NCBI GenBank assembly: GCA_024626585.2
Contig: JANKJI020000002.1
Coordinates: 217,728,394-217,751,050, forward strand
Direction: 5' to 3'
Length of the DNA stretch: 22,657 nucleotides
From: Ginkgo biloba
Lineage: Eukaryota; Plantae; Ginkgophyta
Below the pieces are notes generated by a model, which did no database searches, was not told the DNA's origin, and saw nothing but the letters and a program-made list of their open reading frames with translations. Below are positions 12,412-22,426 of this stretch, piece after piece (position 1 is the stretch's first letter; each line of letters starts with the position of its first letter). The position numbers and the translations under genes were made by a program.

Positions 12412-12527
12412 GTTCATCGAATATCGTTTGTCCTTTCAACGAACGACACACCCTGATTGTCCAACAATATATTTTATTCATCGAATGAGACATTCTATTC
12501 GACGAATGATACACTCCATTCGTTGAA
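12412..12527. repeat. Second TTCG(A/T)CGAA array
   Basis: Successive units are TTCATCGAA, TTCAACGAA, TTCATCGAA, TTCGACGAA and TTCGTTGAA. An 11-bp stem with one mismatch lies at 12498-12527. Confidence 0.7.
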
Positions 12528-13190
12528 CTATCCCTTCTTCATCCACTCTTTAGTGTATTTTCTCTGGTTAGTTCATGCCACTTGTTTCTCCTTGCTTAGG
12601 CTCTTTACTCATCTCACTATCCTCTTGTTCAACTTGCTCATTTTCTTAAAATTCAAGCTCTCTTGGAGCTCCTTTGGCTTGCTTGTTGCCATCCACCGTG
12701 GCATCATCATCATATTTATTTTTTATTTTTGTAGCTTCCTCATTGCCTTCCCTATCTTCATCCTCTTTTGCATCTTCAGATGGAATCTCCAACCTATCAT
12801 AACCTACAAGACAATCATGAAAATATAATTTTTTTGCTTGGTTCTCCAAGCCTTCTTTCCATTTTGCTACTCCATCATCGAGCACTTCATCATCACCATG
12901 AAAAGTATCCATCATTTTGATTCTCCATCATATTTGACCTTTTTTACCTCCTTCTACCTATTGGGAGATATCTAAACCTTAGGCTTTCTCAATGTACAAC
13001 ATTTCTTCAGAATCTATTGGATTTGATTCTCTTTTACTTTCCTTTATCTTTATTTATCCAACTCTTATAATGAGTTCCTCATAAATTTTAACTCTCTATT
13101 ATTTTCTATCAACCCTCCTTCAACTACTCTTATTTCTATTCTCAAACCTTTTCATTTCCACCATCAACTACTCAAGAATCCCTTAACTAA

Positions 13191-14437
13191 CGTAGGAGGT
13201 GGGTGGAAGAACCACCCCACTCTGCTTCAAAATAGGATCCTAGGTTAATTCAATCGCTTTGGCACCGCAGTTTACCCCACGGACAATACTCACACCAGAA
13301 GCCCAACAATAAGGACCAAACAAAACGCCAGAATTGAAGAAACTATGACATAGAAAGGAACACAGGGATTTTCAACTGGAGAAACCTTCTCGGGGAATAA
13401 AACTCCAGGATGCATTAATGCAAAATCACCTGGGCATCGACCCTTACAATCACGGCCAACAAACTGGCTCTTACTGGCAACTACAATTTGGTCCACAGCC
13501 TAGACACAGTCTCCCCAAGGCGTTACAGTCAGCCACATGGCCTCAAACCTCATCAGACTATGTGCCTTTGATTCCACGATCAACACTCGGGCTCCCACAA
13601 GATCCCCCACAACTTGGCACCTACTACGATGAGTTTGGGACTCTGGCTCTCTTTCTTCGGTTGTCTACCGATCTTCTCTGGGTGTTAGCTTGCTAGCAAA
13701 TTTGGCAGCCTCTCGGTGCTTTTTTTTCCTCCCCTCTGAACTTCACGAGGAGGTCCACTTATAGCTTTTCTCCCAACGGGAAAGTGCGTCATCTCCTAAC
13801 ATCTCTCTATGCTTCCAATAGACTGGTTTGGTGTGCCATAACTCCTGTAATAGAACTATCATTAAATGCTTATCCGAGTCAGTCGAACCGATCTTGATGC
13901 ACTGCTCCAACGTTTAAAGGAAATAACATGCTCTTTCGTGTCGGTCTTCCCTTCACTCCAGATGATGCCCTTCATGACCACCGTTTAGTTTTGTCAGTCG
14001 TCGACGAAGTCAGTTGAGTTATCCATCGACGAACTCTTATGTGGTTTCCTCCACCATCTCCATTGGTGTCAGTGATAAGCTTCTCCGTCGGTGATTCTTT
14101 CCAAAGTCTGTCGATGACCACCGACGATGTCAGTCCTCGGTTCTCCGATGGTGTCGGCATAGGGTAATCCCGTCATTGTCGGTCATCGGGTCTTCGACGG
14201 TGTCGGTACCGACGAGATGTGCTAAGGCATCTCTGACATTCATTCTTCCTCCGCCGATGGTATCGGCCATCCGCACTTCAAAAGCGCCGGATGCTCCTGC
14301 ATTNNNNNNNNNNNNNNNNNNNNNNNNNNNNNNNNNNNNNNNNNNNNNNNNNNNNNNNNNNNNNNNNNNNNNNNNNNNNNNNNNNNNNNNNNNNNNNNNN
14401 NNNATGTGTGATATCTGCTCCACCTTATGATCCTCCA
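13191..14437 (-). mobile_element. Younger CpG-rich LTR-like block (candidate solo LTR)
   Basis: Composition changes sharply at 13191. The ends CGTAGGA...TCCTCCA are each one change from TGTAGGA...TCCTACA. It has a minus-strand TATAAG near 13760, a U5-like GGAGTTTTATTCCCCGAGAAGGTTTCTCCAG, and many CCGA/TCGG mini-hairpins at 13990-14270. It has no coding motifs and no TSD. Confidence 0.45.
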
Positions 14438-16031
14438 TGATAATATTTTCATTAATCACCTTTTCCTCATGAGCTTCCTTCATTCTTCCTGCATCACCTG
14501 CAAAAATATAAAAAGGACAAAAAAAAATTCCACAACTTTCATTTTCTTCTTTCTCCTCATTTTTCCTCCATCCCTTTTGTCCTCTCACCTAATTTACTTT
14601 GGACTACTCATCAATCTCCATTGGGTATTTTCTCAAACTTATTTTCTTATTTTTCCAACTCCCTTTTAACCACTCGTCAACCTCCATTGGTCATTTTTTC
14701 TCCAACTATTGTTCATTTGTCAAAATTCGCTGTCCATTTGTCAAATACTCCATGGACCACTTGTATAACTTCTTCAAGTTGTTTGTTGGAACTTCCATGG
14801 GTTGATTTCTCACCTCATAGACCTTTTCCTCACCCTACTCATTTTTTTGAATTATGAGCTCCCTAAGAGCTCCTTTGGCCTACTCACAACCACCATCAAC
14901 ATTACCATCCATGCCATTTTCTCCCTAACTTAGCAATCATTCTTCTTTTCTACTTTTGCAGCTTCCTCATTGCCTTCCTAATAATCATCCTCCTTTGCAC
15001 CTTCAGAGGGAATCTTCAACCTATCATAACCTACAAGACAATCAAGAAAACATATTTTTTTGGCTTGGCTCTCCAAGCCTTCTTTTTATTTTGTTGTTTT
15101 GCCCTCGAGCACTTCATCGCCACCACATGAAACCTACATTATTTCCTTAGTTGCCATCTCTATATCACCAACCATGAACATTAATTCCATCCTGATATCA
15201 TGCACAACCAACTTTCTCACCTTCTGCTTATACTGAGTTCCATCTTGCTCTTTATATGGCATGTCATCCAGTGCCTTTTCTTCCTTTGGCCCCTCCATGG
15301 GCTCATTTAGAAATATCTCCTTTGCATCTTCCCAATTCTCTTTGACCTCTGGTTCACATAGAGCCAACCCCTTTGCATCCTCCTGATCATATGGAACTTG
15401 GTCCTCCACTTTTTATGGCACATTTGCTTATGCCTCCTCACCTTGTCTTTGCATGGGCTCTTCAAAAGTCTCCTCAACCTGCTCTTCACATGGAATCGTA
15501 ACTAGTTCCTCTTCGTCTGACCCTTCTATGGGTTCTTTCCCTTTTTGTCCTTCACATAAGCCTCTCTCATCATGTCTATTCATGGGCTCTTTTACAATCT
15601 CATCTTCGTCAGTCGTATGCTGCTTAATAGATGAAACCCTATCCTTAGGTTTCTCTACTCCTCGTTCCTCTTCCCTATTGGAAGATTTCACTCCTCTCCT
15701 CTCGAGGAATGCCTTCACCATAGATCGCAACATCTCATTTATTCTTGCTTTGACCTTTTTCACCTCCTCCTGCCTATTGGGAGTTGTCTTCACCTTTGGC
15801 CTACTCAATGTATGTAGCTTCTCTACGGTGGCTTGAATTTGCTCCTCTTTTACTTGCCTTTCACTTTCTTTCTCCAACTCTACCAACCACTTCCTTAGGG
15901 ATTCTAACTCCCTTTACGATGTTACCAAGCCTTCTTTGACCACTCTCCTTGCCATTCTTTCACTATTCTTGTTAATGCAATACTTTTACAATGAGTAACC
16001 CTATGCTCTCTTCATTGATGAGCCTTTCTTA

Positions 16032-16043
16032 GCTATGATACCA
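16032..16043 (-). promoter_or_regulatory. tRNA-iMet primer-binding site
   Basis: The minus strand reads ...CTACATCA-TCG-TGGTATCATAGC, an 11/12 match to TGGTATCAGAGC, 3 nt after an LTR-terminal CA. Confidence 0.72.
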
Positions 16044-16046
16044 CGA

Positions 16047-17136
16047 TGATGTAGTTAGTTTCTCATTACCTCCAACTACTAGCCACTTCCTAGGATCCAA
16101 ATGTGACTTTATACTTTGTCCCTTACGTGATGGCCTGACCCTTCAAAGGCGTTTGCTCAACAAACCCACATAATCTACAAACAGTCATAAAAACACACAG
16201 ATTAAAAATACCATTTCATTGGCACTCAGGCCTCATCTCATCCATATCAAACATTCACATTAAAAATCCAAATCTTTCATTCACCTTGGCCCATTAGCCT
16301 AACACACAAGTGACATACATAAAAATTCAAGCCAGTACATTAAAATATGGCCCATGGCCAAAAATAGAAGATATATATATGCATCCCCCTCAGGGGTTTC
16401 AGTTACATCATAAAAGCTCCCACCTTAGAGCATCCACACGTTCTTCNNNNNNNNNNNNNNNNNNNNNNNNNNNNNNNNNNNNNNNNNNNNNNNNNNNNNN
16501 NNNNNNNNNNNNNNNNAACCTCTTTTTCACTCTTCTCTTTGGCCTTCACATGGCCCTACTTCCCTCTACTTGGACTTGTTGTCCACTCCACGGCCTCCTC
16601 TTGGCCTTGACTCTCTTCTTCTCTTCTTCTTTCCTTCACGGCATGCTTGCTGCCTTCTTCAATTTATCTTTCATGGTCGTCCCTCACTTTGTCTTTCTTC
16701 CCTTTCCACTTTCCTCTTCCTCTAGAGCTTCCTGCTCCTTGCAATCTACCTTCTTGTAGACATGTTCCCCCTTCTTGGATGTTGTCTAACCTTTCCTCTC
16801 CAACAACTGAATGCCCAAACTCACCTTCCTTTTTTCTTTTTCTGTCCTCTCTAGAGCTTTGCACTCTCTTCTATGGACCTACTGTCCTCTTCCTTGTAGA
16901 TATGTTATGCTNNNNNNNNNNNNNNNNNNNNNNNNNNNNNNNNNNNNNNNNNNNNNNNNNNNNNNNNNNNNNNNNNNNNNNNNNNNNNNNNNNNNNNNNN
17001 NNNNNNNNNNNTGTGTTCTACATGTTTACTTGAATTGTTGTTGCCTATGCTTTCAATTATTGTTGTGATCTCCCTAATTTCCCTTAAGAAATCATCGACC
17101 CATGCTAGTCATACTTTGGTTTTTCCTATTACTACA
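16047..17136 (-). repeat. Putative 5' LTR (~1.1 kb including N gaps)
   Basis: The minus strand starts TGTAGTAATAG (17136) and ends AACTACATCA (16047), giving inverted TGTAGT/ACTACA termini. A TATA-like (AT)5 lies at 16371-16380. It abuts the PBS. The 17136 boundary is less sure. Confidence 0.5.
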
Positions 17137-17784
17137 CTTGCTCTTGTAAGTTTAGCTTAAAGGCATTAAATCACACCCCAACTTGATTGTTGTGTAATAG
17201 AATCTTTCCAAGTTCAATTGAGCTCAAATTTCCTTGGATTTCACCATAACGTACTGAATTAATAATTGTAAAAATAAAAAAAAAAAGGCAGCAAAATTAC
17301 CTCTATTAATGCCACCCACTGGTAAAAGCTCTGATTTTAGCTGCAAAATCTAGACTATCTTTTGAAAGTGATTTTGGGGTCATCCAATGGCCTATTTTGA
17401 CACTACAAAACTATTATAGAAATTCACAAGTTTGGTGCTGCAAATTTTACAATTATAATCATTGCCTTAGAAATTGCTTGAAAACCCTAGTTGAACTTGT
17501 GTTAAGCTTTTTGGATGCATACAAAAATCCAAATCAACTCTTTTTGTTTGTTTTCTTGAAAGCAAGACAGCATAGATATACCACGTTTAAAAACTCCTCC
17601 CTCTCCTCATCTACCACTGCTTTTGGGATCGCAGAATCAATTTCCACACTCTCGAAATTTTCCCTGCCCAAGTCGGCCTATGTACATTTTATATACTTGG
17701 AAAGATTCGAACCATTGGTTGAAACGAAAGTGTACAAGAAAGTCTTGACACGGCATTGAATTTACATTGCAAAACACACAACAG

Positions 17785-17852
17785 ATGCATACGGTGGGTG
17801 ATTTCCAGCGCGTAGAATGCTTATGTGCGTAATCCGATGCTTGGGTTGTTGA
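17785..17852 (+). promoter_or_regulatory. Two candidate upstream ORFs of the Nudix gene
   Basis: uORF1 (17785-17832, MHTVGDFQRVECLCA*) ends 4 nt before ATG 17837. uORF2 (17817-17852, MLMCVIRCLGC*) overlaps it out of frame. They are relevant only if the TSS lies upstream of them. Confidence 0.35.
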
Positions 17853-18197
17853 GGAGATTAAGCATGGTGTCAAGAACTTTGCGCAATCAGGTTGGGTGTT
17901 CAATGGATGAGGAGTGGGGAAGTCCAAAGCTTAGGAATTTAGCGGAACAGCTTCGGCTTTACAGGGCTCCGACTTCGCCATGGTTCAAAGACGACCAGGG
18001 AGACGAGACTGGAGGAGGAGGCGTGACTTCTCATTTAGGGGTACCTGAATCTGTGACTCTTTCTTCCAATTCGGCGCTCTCTGTTGCAAGGGAGACGGCC
18101 AAGAGGGCAGCTGTCCTCATTTGCCTTTTTGAAGGTGCACGAGGCGATTTCAGAGTTATTCTCACTAAAAGATCCAGCAATCTGTCATCCCATTCAG
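17837..18197 (+). CDS. NUDT15: Exon 1 of Nudix hydrolase, CoA pyrophosphatase subfamily (plant NUDT15/NUDT22-like)
   Basis: It encodes MLGLLRRLSMVSRTLR...LRNLAEQLRLYRAP...KRAAVLICLFEGARGDFRVILTKRSSNLSSHS-G. This closely recalls Arabidopsis NUDT15 (LAQQLRQYKPP; KRAAVLICLFEGDDGDLRVILTKRSSKLSTHSG). The first in-frame ATG follows TAG at 17813. There are 120 clean codons and then CAG|GT, a candidate phase-1 donor at 18198, only 4 nt before an N gap. The Nudix box itself is not visible. Confidence 0.92.
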
Positions 18198-19404
18198 GTT
18201 CNNNNNNNNNNNNNNNNNNNNNNNNNNNNNNNNNNNNNNNNNNNNNNNNNNNNNNNNNNNNNNNNNNNNNNNNNNNNNNNNNNNNNNNNNNNNNNNNNNN
18301 NNNNNNNNNNNNNNNNNNNNNNNNNNNNNNNNNNNNNNNNNNNNNNNNNNNNNNNNNNNNNNNNNNNNNNNNNNNNNNNNNNNNNNNNNNNNNNNNNNNN
18401 NNNNNNNNNNNNNNNNNNNNNNNNNNNNNNNNNNNNNNNNNNNNNNNNNNNNNNNNNNNNNNNNNNNNNNNNNNNNNNNNNNNNNNNNNNNNNNNNNNNN
18501 NNNNNNNNNNNNNNNNNNNNNNNNNNNNNNNNNNNNNNNNNNNNNNNNNNNNNNNNNNNNNNNNNNNNNNNNNNNNNNNNNNNNNNNNNNNNNNNNNNNN
18601 NNNNNNNNNNNNNNNNNNNNNNNNNNNNNNNNNNNNNNNNNNNNNNNNNNNNNNNNNNNNNNNNNNNNNNNNNNNNNNNNNNNNNNNNNNNNNNNNNNNN
18701 NNNNNNNNNNNNNNNNNNNNNNNNNNNNNNNNNNNNNNNNNNNNNNNNNNNNNNNNNNNNNNNNNNNNNNNNNNNNNNNNNNNNNNNNNNNNNNNNNNNN
18801 NNNNNNNNNNNNNNNNNNNNNNNNNNNNNNNNNNNNNNNNNNNNNNNNNNNNNNNNNNNNNNNNNNNNNNNNNNNNNNNNNNNNNNNNNNNNNNNNNNNN
18901 NNNNNNNNNNNNNNNNNNNNNNNNNNNNNNNNNNNNNNNNNNNNNNNNNNNNNNNNNNNNNNNNNNNNNNNNNNNNNNNNNNNNNNNNNNNNNNNNNNNN
19001 NNNNNNNNNNNTCTCGTCCTGTCTGTATGGAATGCATGAAAGATACAATAGCACTTTCCCCAGAATGATTAAATCTGAAGTCATTAGCCAGAATATCAGA
19101 GTCACACTGGTTCTTCCGCCCCCACCAACCACATAGGCACCCACATTTGTGCATCCTTGAGCTGTCCAAAGGAATGGAAGCTCATATATGCACATTTGGT
19201 TGGGATTCCTTCCTTTCTGTAATGTACCCAAAAACAGCGACACCCGTGCAATCATACAGGATCTCTTGGCAGCTCTTCATTTGGTTAATCTACGAAAACT
19301 TATTGCAATTACTAGATCTGGAAAGGCAATTTTAAAGTTTGCTAAAATTAAATAATGTTATTTGATAGTTTTATATACTACCATTATCTAGAATCTATTA
19401 GAAG

Positions 19405-19424
19405 ATATATATATATATATATAT
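19405..19424. repeat. (AT)10 microsatellite
   Basis: Direct reading. Confidence 0.95.
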
Positions 19425-19624
19425 CCACTTTTCCATTATAAGTATTTAATAAGATATAATATGAACACTAGTATACATGTATATCTCTCTATTGACTTCT
19501 ACATATTGAAATAGAAGAAATATACCTTAAGGTGGACTAAGGAATTTAACATGAAAAAGTATACACCATATAAAGAATATTATGTCTCATGGAGTAAATA
19601 TACTCTACTAACTCCCTATAGTAT

Positions 19625-20001
19625 TGTTGATGCAAAGGTGTTCCATGTGCAAATTAAATAATTGACTCCAACCCAAGAAGTAACACTTTGATCGCAATAG
19701 GCCTGCACAAATCATCTTTACTTTAGGCACAGTTTCCCTTATTCCTCAAAATATAAGAAACTACACATAAATAAAATGGTATTTATAATGGGTGTTCACA
19801 GAAAATGAATCTTGAGGTATTTGTGAGGCTTTCCCATAAAGGAGAGAGGAAAAAATAAGGGAGGGAGGTGAACAACATCCACCAATGTGAATGACTCTTA
19901 GTTACTCAAAGGAATTAATGCCATACTATAATACACCCTGTGTGGCTCCTTTATATTTCTCACCCCATTGGAATCCACATATTAAAGTGTCATCATCAAC
20001 A
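19625..20001 (-). mobile_element. Candidate 377-bp solo LTR
   Basis: It has perfect 8-bp inverted termini TGTTGATG...CATCAACA (TG...CA) and a minus-strand TATAAAGG near 19950. The flanks share only TAT, with no 4-6 bp TSD. Confidence 0.42.
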
Positions 20002-21316
20002 TATGAATATTACTAGGAGATGAGTTATTTTGGAATTTTATTATAGTTTAGCTAAATAATTCCTTCCTCAACCTCTTTATAGTTTATAAAATTTTTATGT
20101 AACAAATCCTTCACATTAATGATTAAATATTTTAATTTTGGAGGATTTNNNNNNNNNNNNNNNNNNNNNNNNNNNNNNNNNNNNNNNNNNNNNNNNNNNN
20201 NNNNNNNNNNNNNNNNNNNNNNNNNNNNNNNNNNNNNNNNNNNNNNNNAATGTTATTTGAATTTCATTTAGGTCTTGGACAATGATAAAAACCATTTATT
20301 CATTTATTGTCAATTGGACCATTTTGAGGAAATAAATTGGGTTTGGTGTAATGGTTAACCAGGTGGCAAGTTGCAACTAGTGGTAATGAGTTTAATTCTT
20401 GCAAAGTCATCAATTCTACACACAATATAGGCCTCAATTCCAAAGGCAAACCAAATTCAATCATCATAGGGTTGATGCTTTTGCAGACTATGTAGGGCCC
20501 AATCAAAATAGTAGATCTTTAAACACCATATAGGCCCCAACACATCCTGGAACCCACCTTATAGGCTCTTGATACTGACCCTAAACAGAGTGAACCCATA
20601 GTATTAGCCCTGATGCCAACAACAGACCAAATAGAATTTCGGTGGAGTCATCATGTGCAAACAGGCCCCATCACTAGCAGAAGGCTGAAGATTGTGCATA
20701 TGGAATCAGAAAGCACTAGCTGAGATTAGTTTTACTGCCGAATTAATGGGAGATTTCAGTTATACTGGTTGAAAATTACCAACATCGGTATGCTTTCTTA
20801 TGGCAGGGGTTCTAGATATTAGATGATGTTCCTGGAATTGGCATGTAATAACCTAAATTATTATCTCTAGACCTGTCTACCAAAAGACCGCAATTGGCAC
20901 AACAAATTTAGGGTTGAGTTATTAACATTGCAGTTCTATTTAACAGTACAATACGTCATGAGTATGAGATTTGCATGTGTGAATCCCAGTCAGTTGAAGT
21001 AATTGTCACAATGAAACTGATAATCTGTTGTAGATAAAGCATTTGAATTTGCATTTGTGTGACTAATCTTTCAATCACCATGGAGTCCTCACATGCACAC
21101 AAAATACAGGCATCAACCTTAGACAAGTGGAGTACCCTTTGGATAATTGGATGCAAACAAATTATGTACCCAAACATCAGAACAAGAGTGATCCCTGTTG
21201 GAATCATCAGATGCACACACAAATCATACAGCACCGTTCCCTTTGTGCACATGCCAAGCATGAAACGCTGATTCAACGCCAGAGTTGCCAGAAAAATTGT
21301 CTTGCCAGTCCGTGTT

Positions 21317-21726
21317 AGTTGATGCTTGTCAATGCTGATCAACTGCAGGCAATGATAACCATGCCAGTCCAATTGGAGAACAAGTCAATGCCAATCATGC
21401 TGGACACCAATCCCAGTTCTTGGCTGGTCCCCATGGTCCAGTTGGTCAACACCTGATCCCACCGATCAGCCAGTCCTGCTGGTGATAAAAATAATGAAAA
21501 CAGTTTCTCAGTTGATGCTTGTCAGTGCTGGTCAAATGCAGGCAACGGCAAACATGCCAGTGCAATTGGAGAACAAGGTCAATGGCAATCATGCTGGTCA
21601 ATCCCTCCCAGTCTATGGCTAACACCGATCGCAGTTGTTGGTTGATCCCCATGGTCCAGTTGGTCAACACTTGATCCCACTGATCAGTCAGTCTCGCTGG
21701 TGATAAAAATAATGAAAACAGTTTCT
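21317..21726 (+). repeat. Head-to-tail tandem duplication, two diverged units (193 and 217 bp)
   Basis: Both units begin AGTTGATGCTTGTCA (21317, 21510) and end GCTGGTGATAAAAATAATGAAAACAGTTTCT. Unit 2 has a 24-nt and a 1-nt extra segment. Confidence 0.93.
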
Positions 21727-21743
21727 TTGCATGGTTTTCTGTT

Positions 21744-21768
21744 AGAGAGAGAGAGCGAGAGCGAGCGC
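21744..21768. repeat. Compound (AG)n/(GC) microsatellite
   Basis: AGAGAGAGAGAGCGAGAGCGAGCGC. Confidence 0.85.
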
Positions 21769-21984
21769 AATATCACTTAAAAATTACCTAAGAGAGGCAA
21801 CGCAGTTCAAAATGTGACTGTGTATGGGCTAGATGAAGAAAGAGATCATTGAGTTTTAAGGTTTTGGAATGAATATCAAAGAAGATCTTCTCATTTCAAA
21901 GAAAGGGCATCCTTATTTCTTTTGTTGTCTTTTATTGGGAAATATGATCAAATATCTTATTGAAATATGAAGAAGCTGGGAAGT

Positions 21985-22426
21985 TCTTGCTTTATCAGAT
22001 GCGTTACAGGCCATCCAAATCAAGCCAACTTAATATTGAGAAAGGTCAAATTGAAAACAATTGATGAAGCCACTTGTAAGTGGATTTTATAGTCACTCGT
22101 GGCACCATCAGGGACTACTTTGACCAGTCAAAGGGCAAAAGTCTTAAGCAAGAGCTGAAGAGGCTAGTGTTGAGCACCTTCAATGAGAAGGTGACACACG
22201 ACAAAACTTCATGGATTGGCAGTTAGGAGTTGGGACGTTCTTGGCCACATCTAACCATCTGATGGAAGTATCTAGAACAAGAATAATCGTATATTAAAGG
22301 CCATCACCTAGATTGGCAACTTTTGGCTATCATCTAAATCAAATTTAATTGTATGTTGCTGATTACTGACTTAAGAAGGCGTCATAGGACTGATTTTCTG
22401 TTGGAGGAGGAGGATGGAGTTGATTC
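21985..22426 (-). pseudogene. Possible heavily degraded TIR-domain fragment
   Basis: Ordered motifs on the minus strand are STPSSSS / SYDAFLS / LDD..L / GD / WLDVAK...FCRVSPSH*R..ALA*DF / G..ACN.SD. Spacing in the first half is shorter than in real TIR domains. Confidence 0.33.

Larger units (their letters stand above)
11134..13190 (-). mobile_element. Partial copy 1 of an apparently non-autonomous LTR element family (E/K-rich degenerate ORF)
   Basis: 12105-13185 is colinear with 14470-15905. There is an exact 28-mer at 12790-12817 = 15017-15044 and an exact 17-mer at 12344-12360 = 14731-14747. The left boundary is uncertain (N gap). Confidence 0.55.
14470..17136 (-). mobile_element. Copy 2 of the non-autonomous LTR family: 5' LTR + PBS + E/K-rich internal region
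   Basis: The LTR and PBS are listed separately below. Degenerate charged ORFs lie at 15428-15886 and 15134-15409. It is homologous to 12105-13185, and no protease, RT or integrase motif is recognisable. Confidence 0.6.

Noticed and set aside
11251-12527. CRISPR-like or terminator-like reading of the hairpin arrays
   Set aside because: The repeats are only 9-12 bp, alternate in orientation, have ~10-bp spacers, and lie in eukaryotic TE context with no cas genes.
11420-12828. Hydrophobic F/L/S-rich plus-strand ORFs resembling membrane proteins
   Set aside because: They are antisense shadows of a purine-rich minus strand in a retroelement, open in several frames at once and without motifs.
17288-17450. 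GC(T/A)GCAAAA motif recurring upstream of the Nudix gene
   Set aside because: It is short, degenerate and irregularly spaced, and cannot be told from chance.
3497-19255. Long ORFs in the track that are mostly X (e.g. 3568-4026, 7622-8183, 18084-19136, 18165-19255)
   Set aside because: These are artefacts of translating through N gaps. The track also uses non-ATG starts, e.g. GTG at 17825 instead of ATG 17837.
20425-20675. Recurring (T)AGGCCC-like words
   Set aside because: No consistent period or extended similarity between occurrences.
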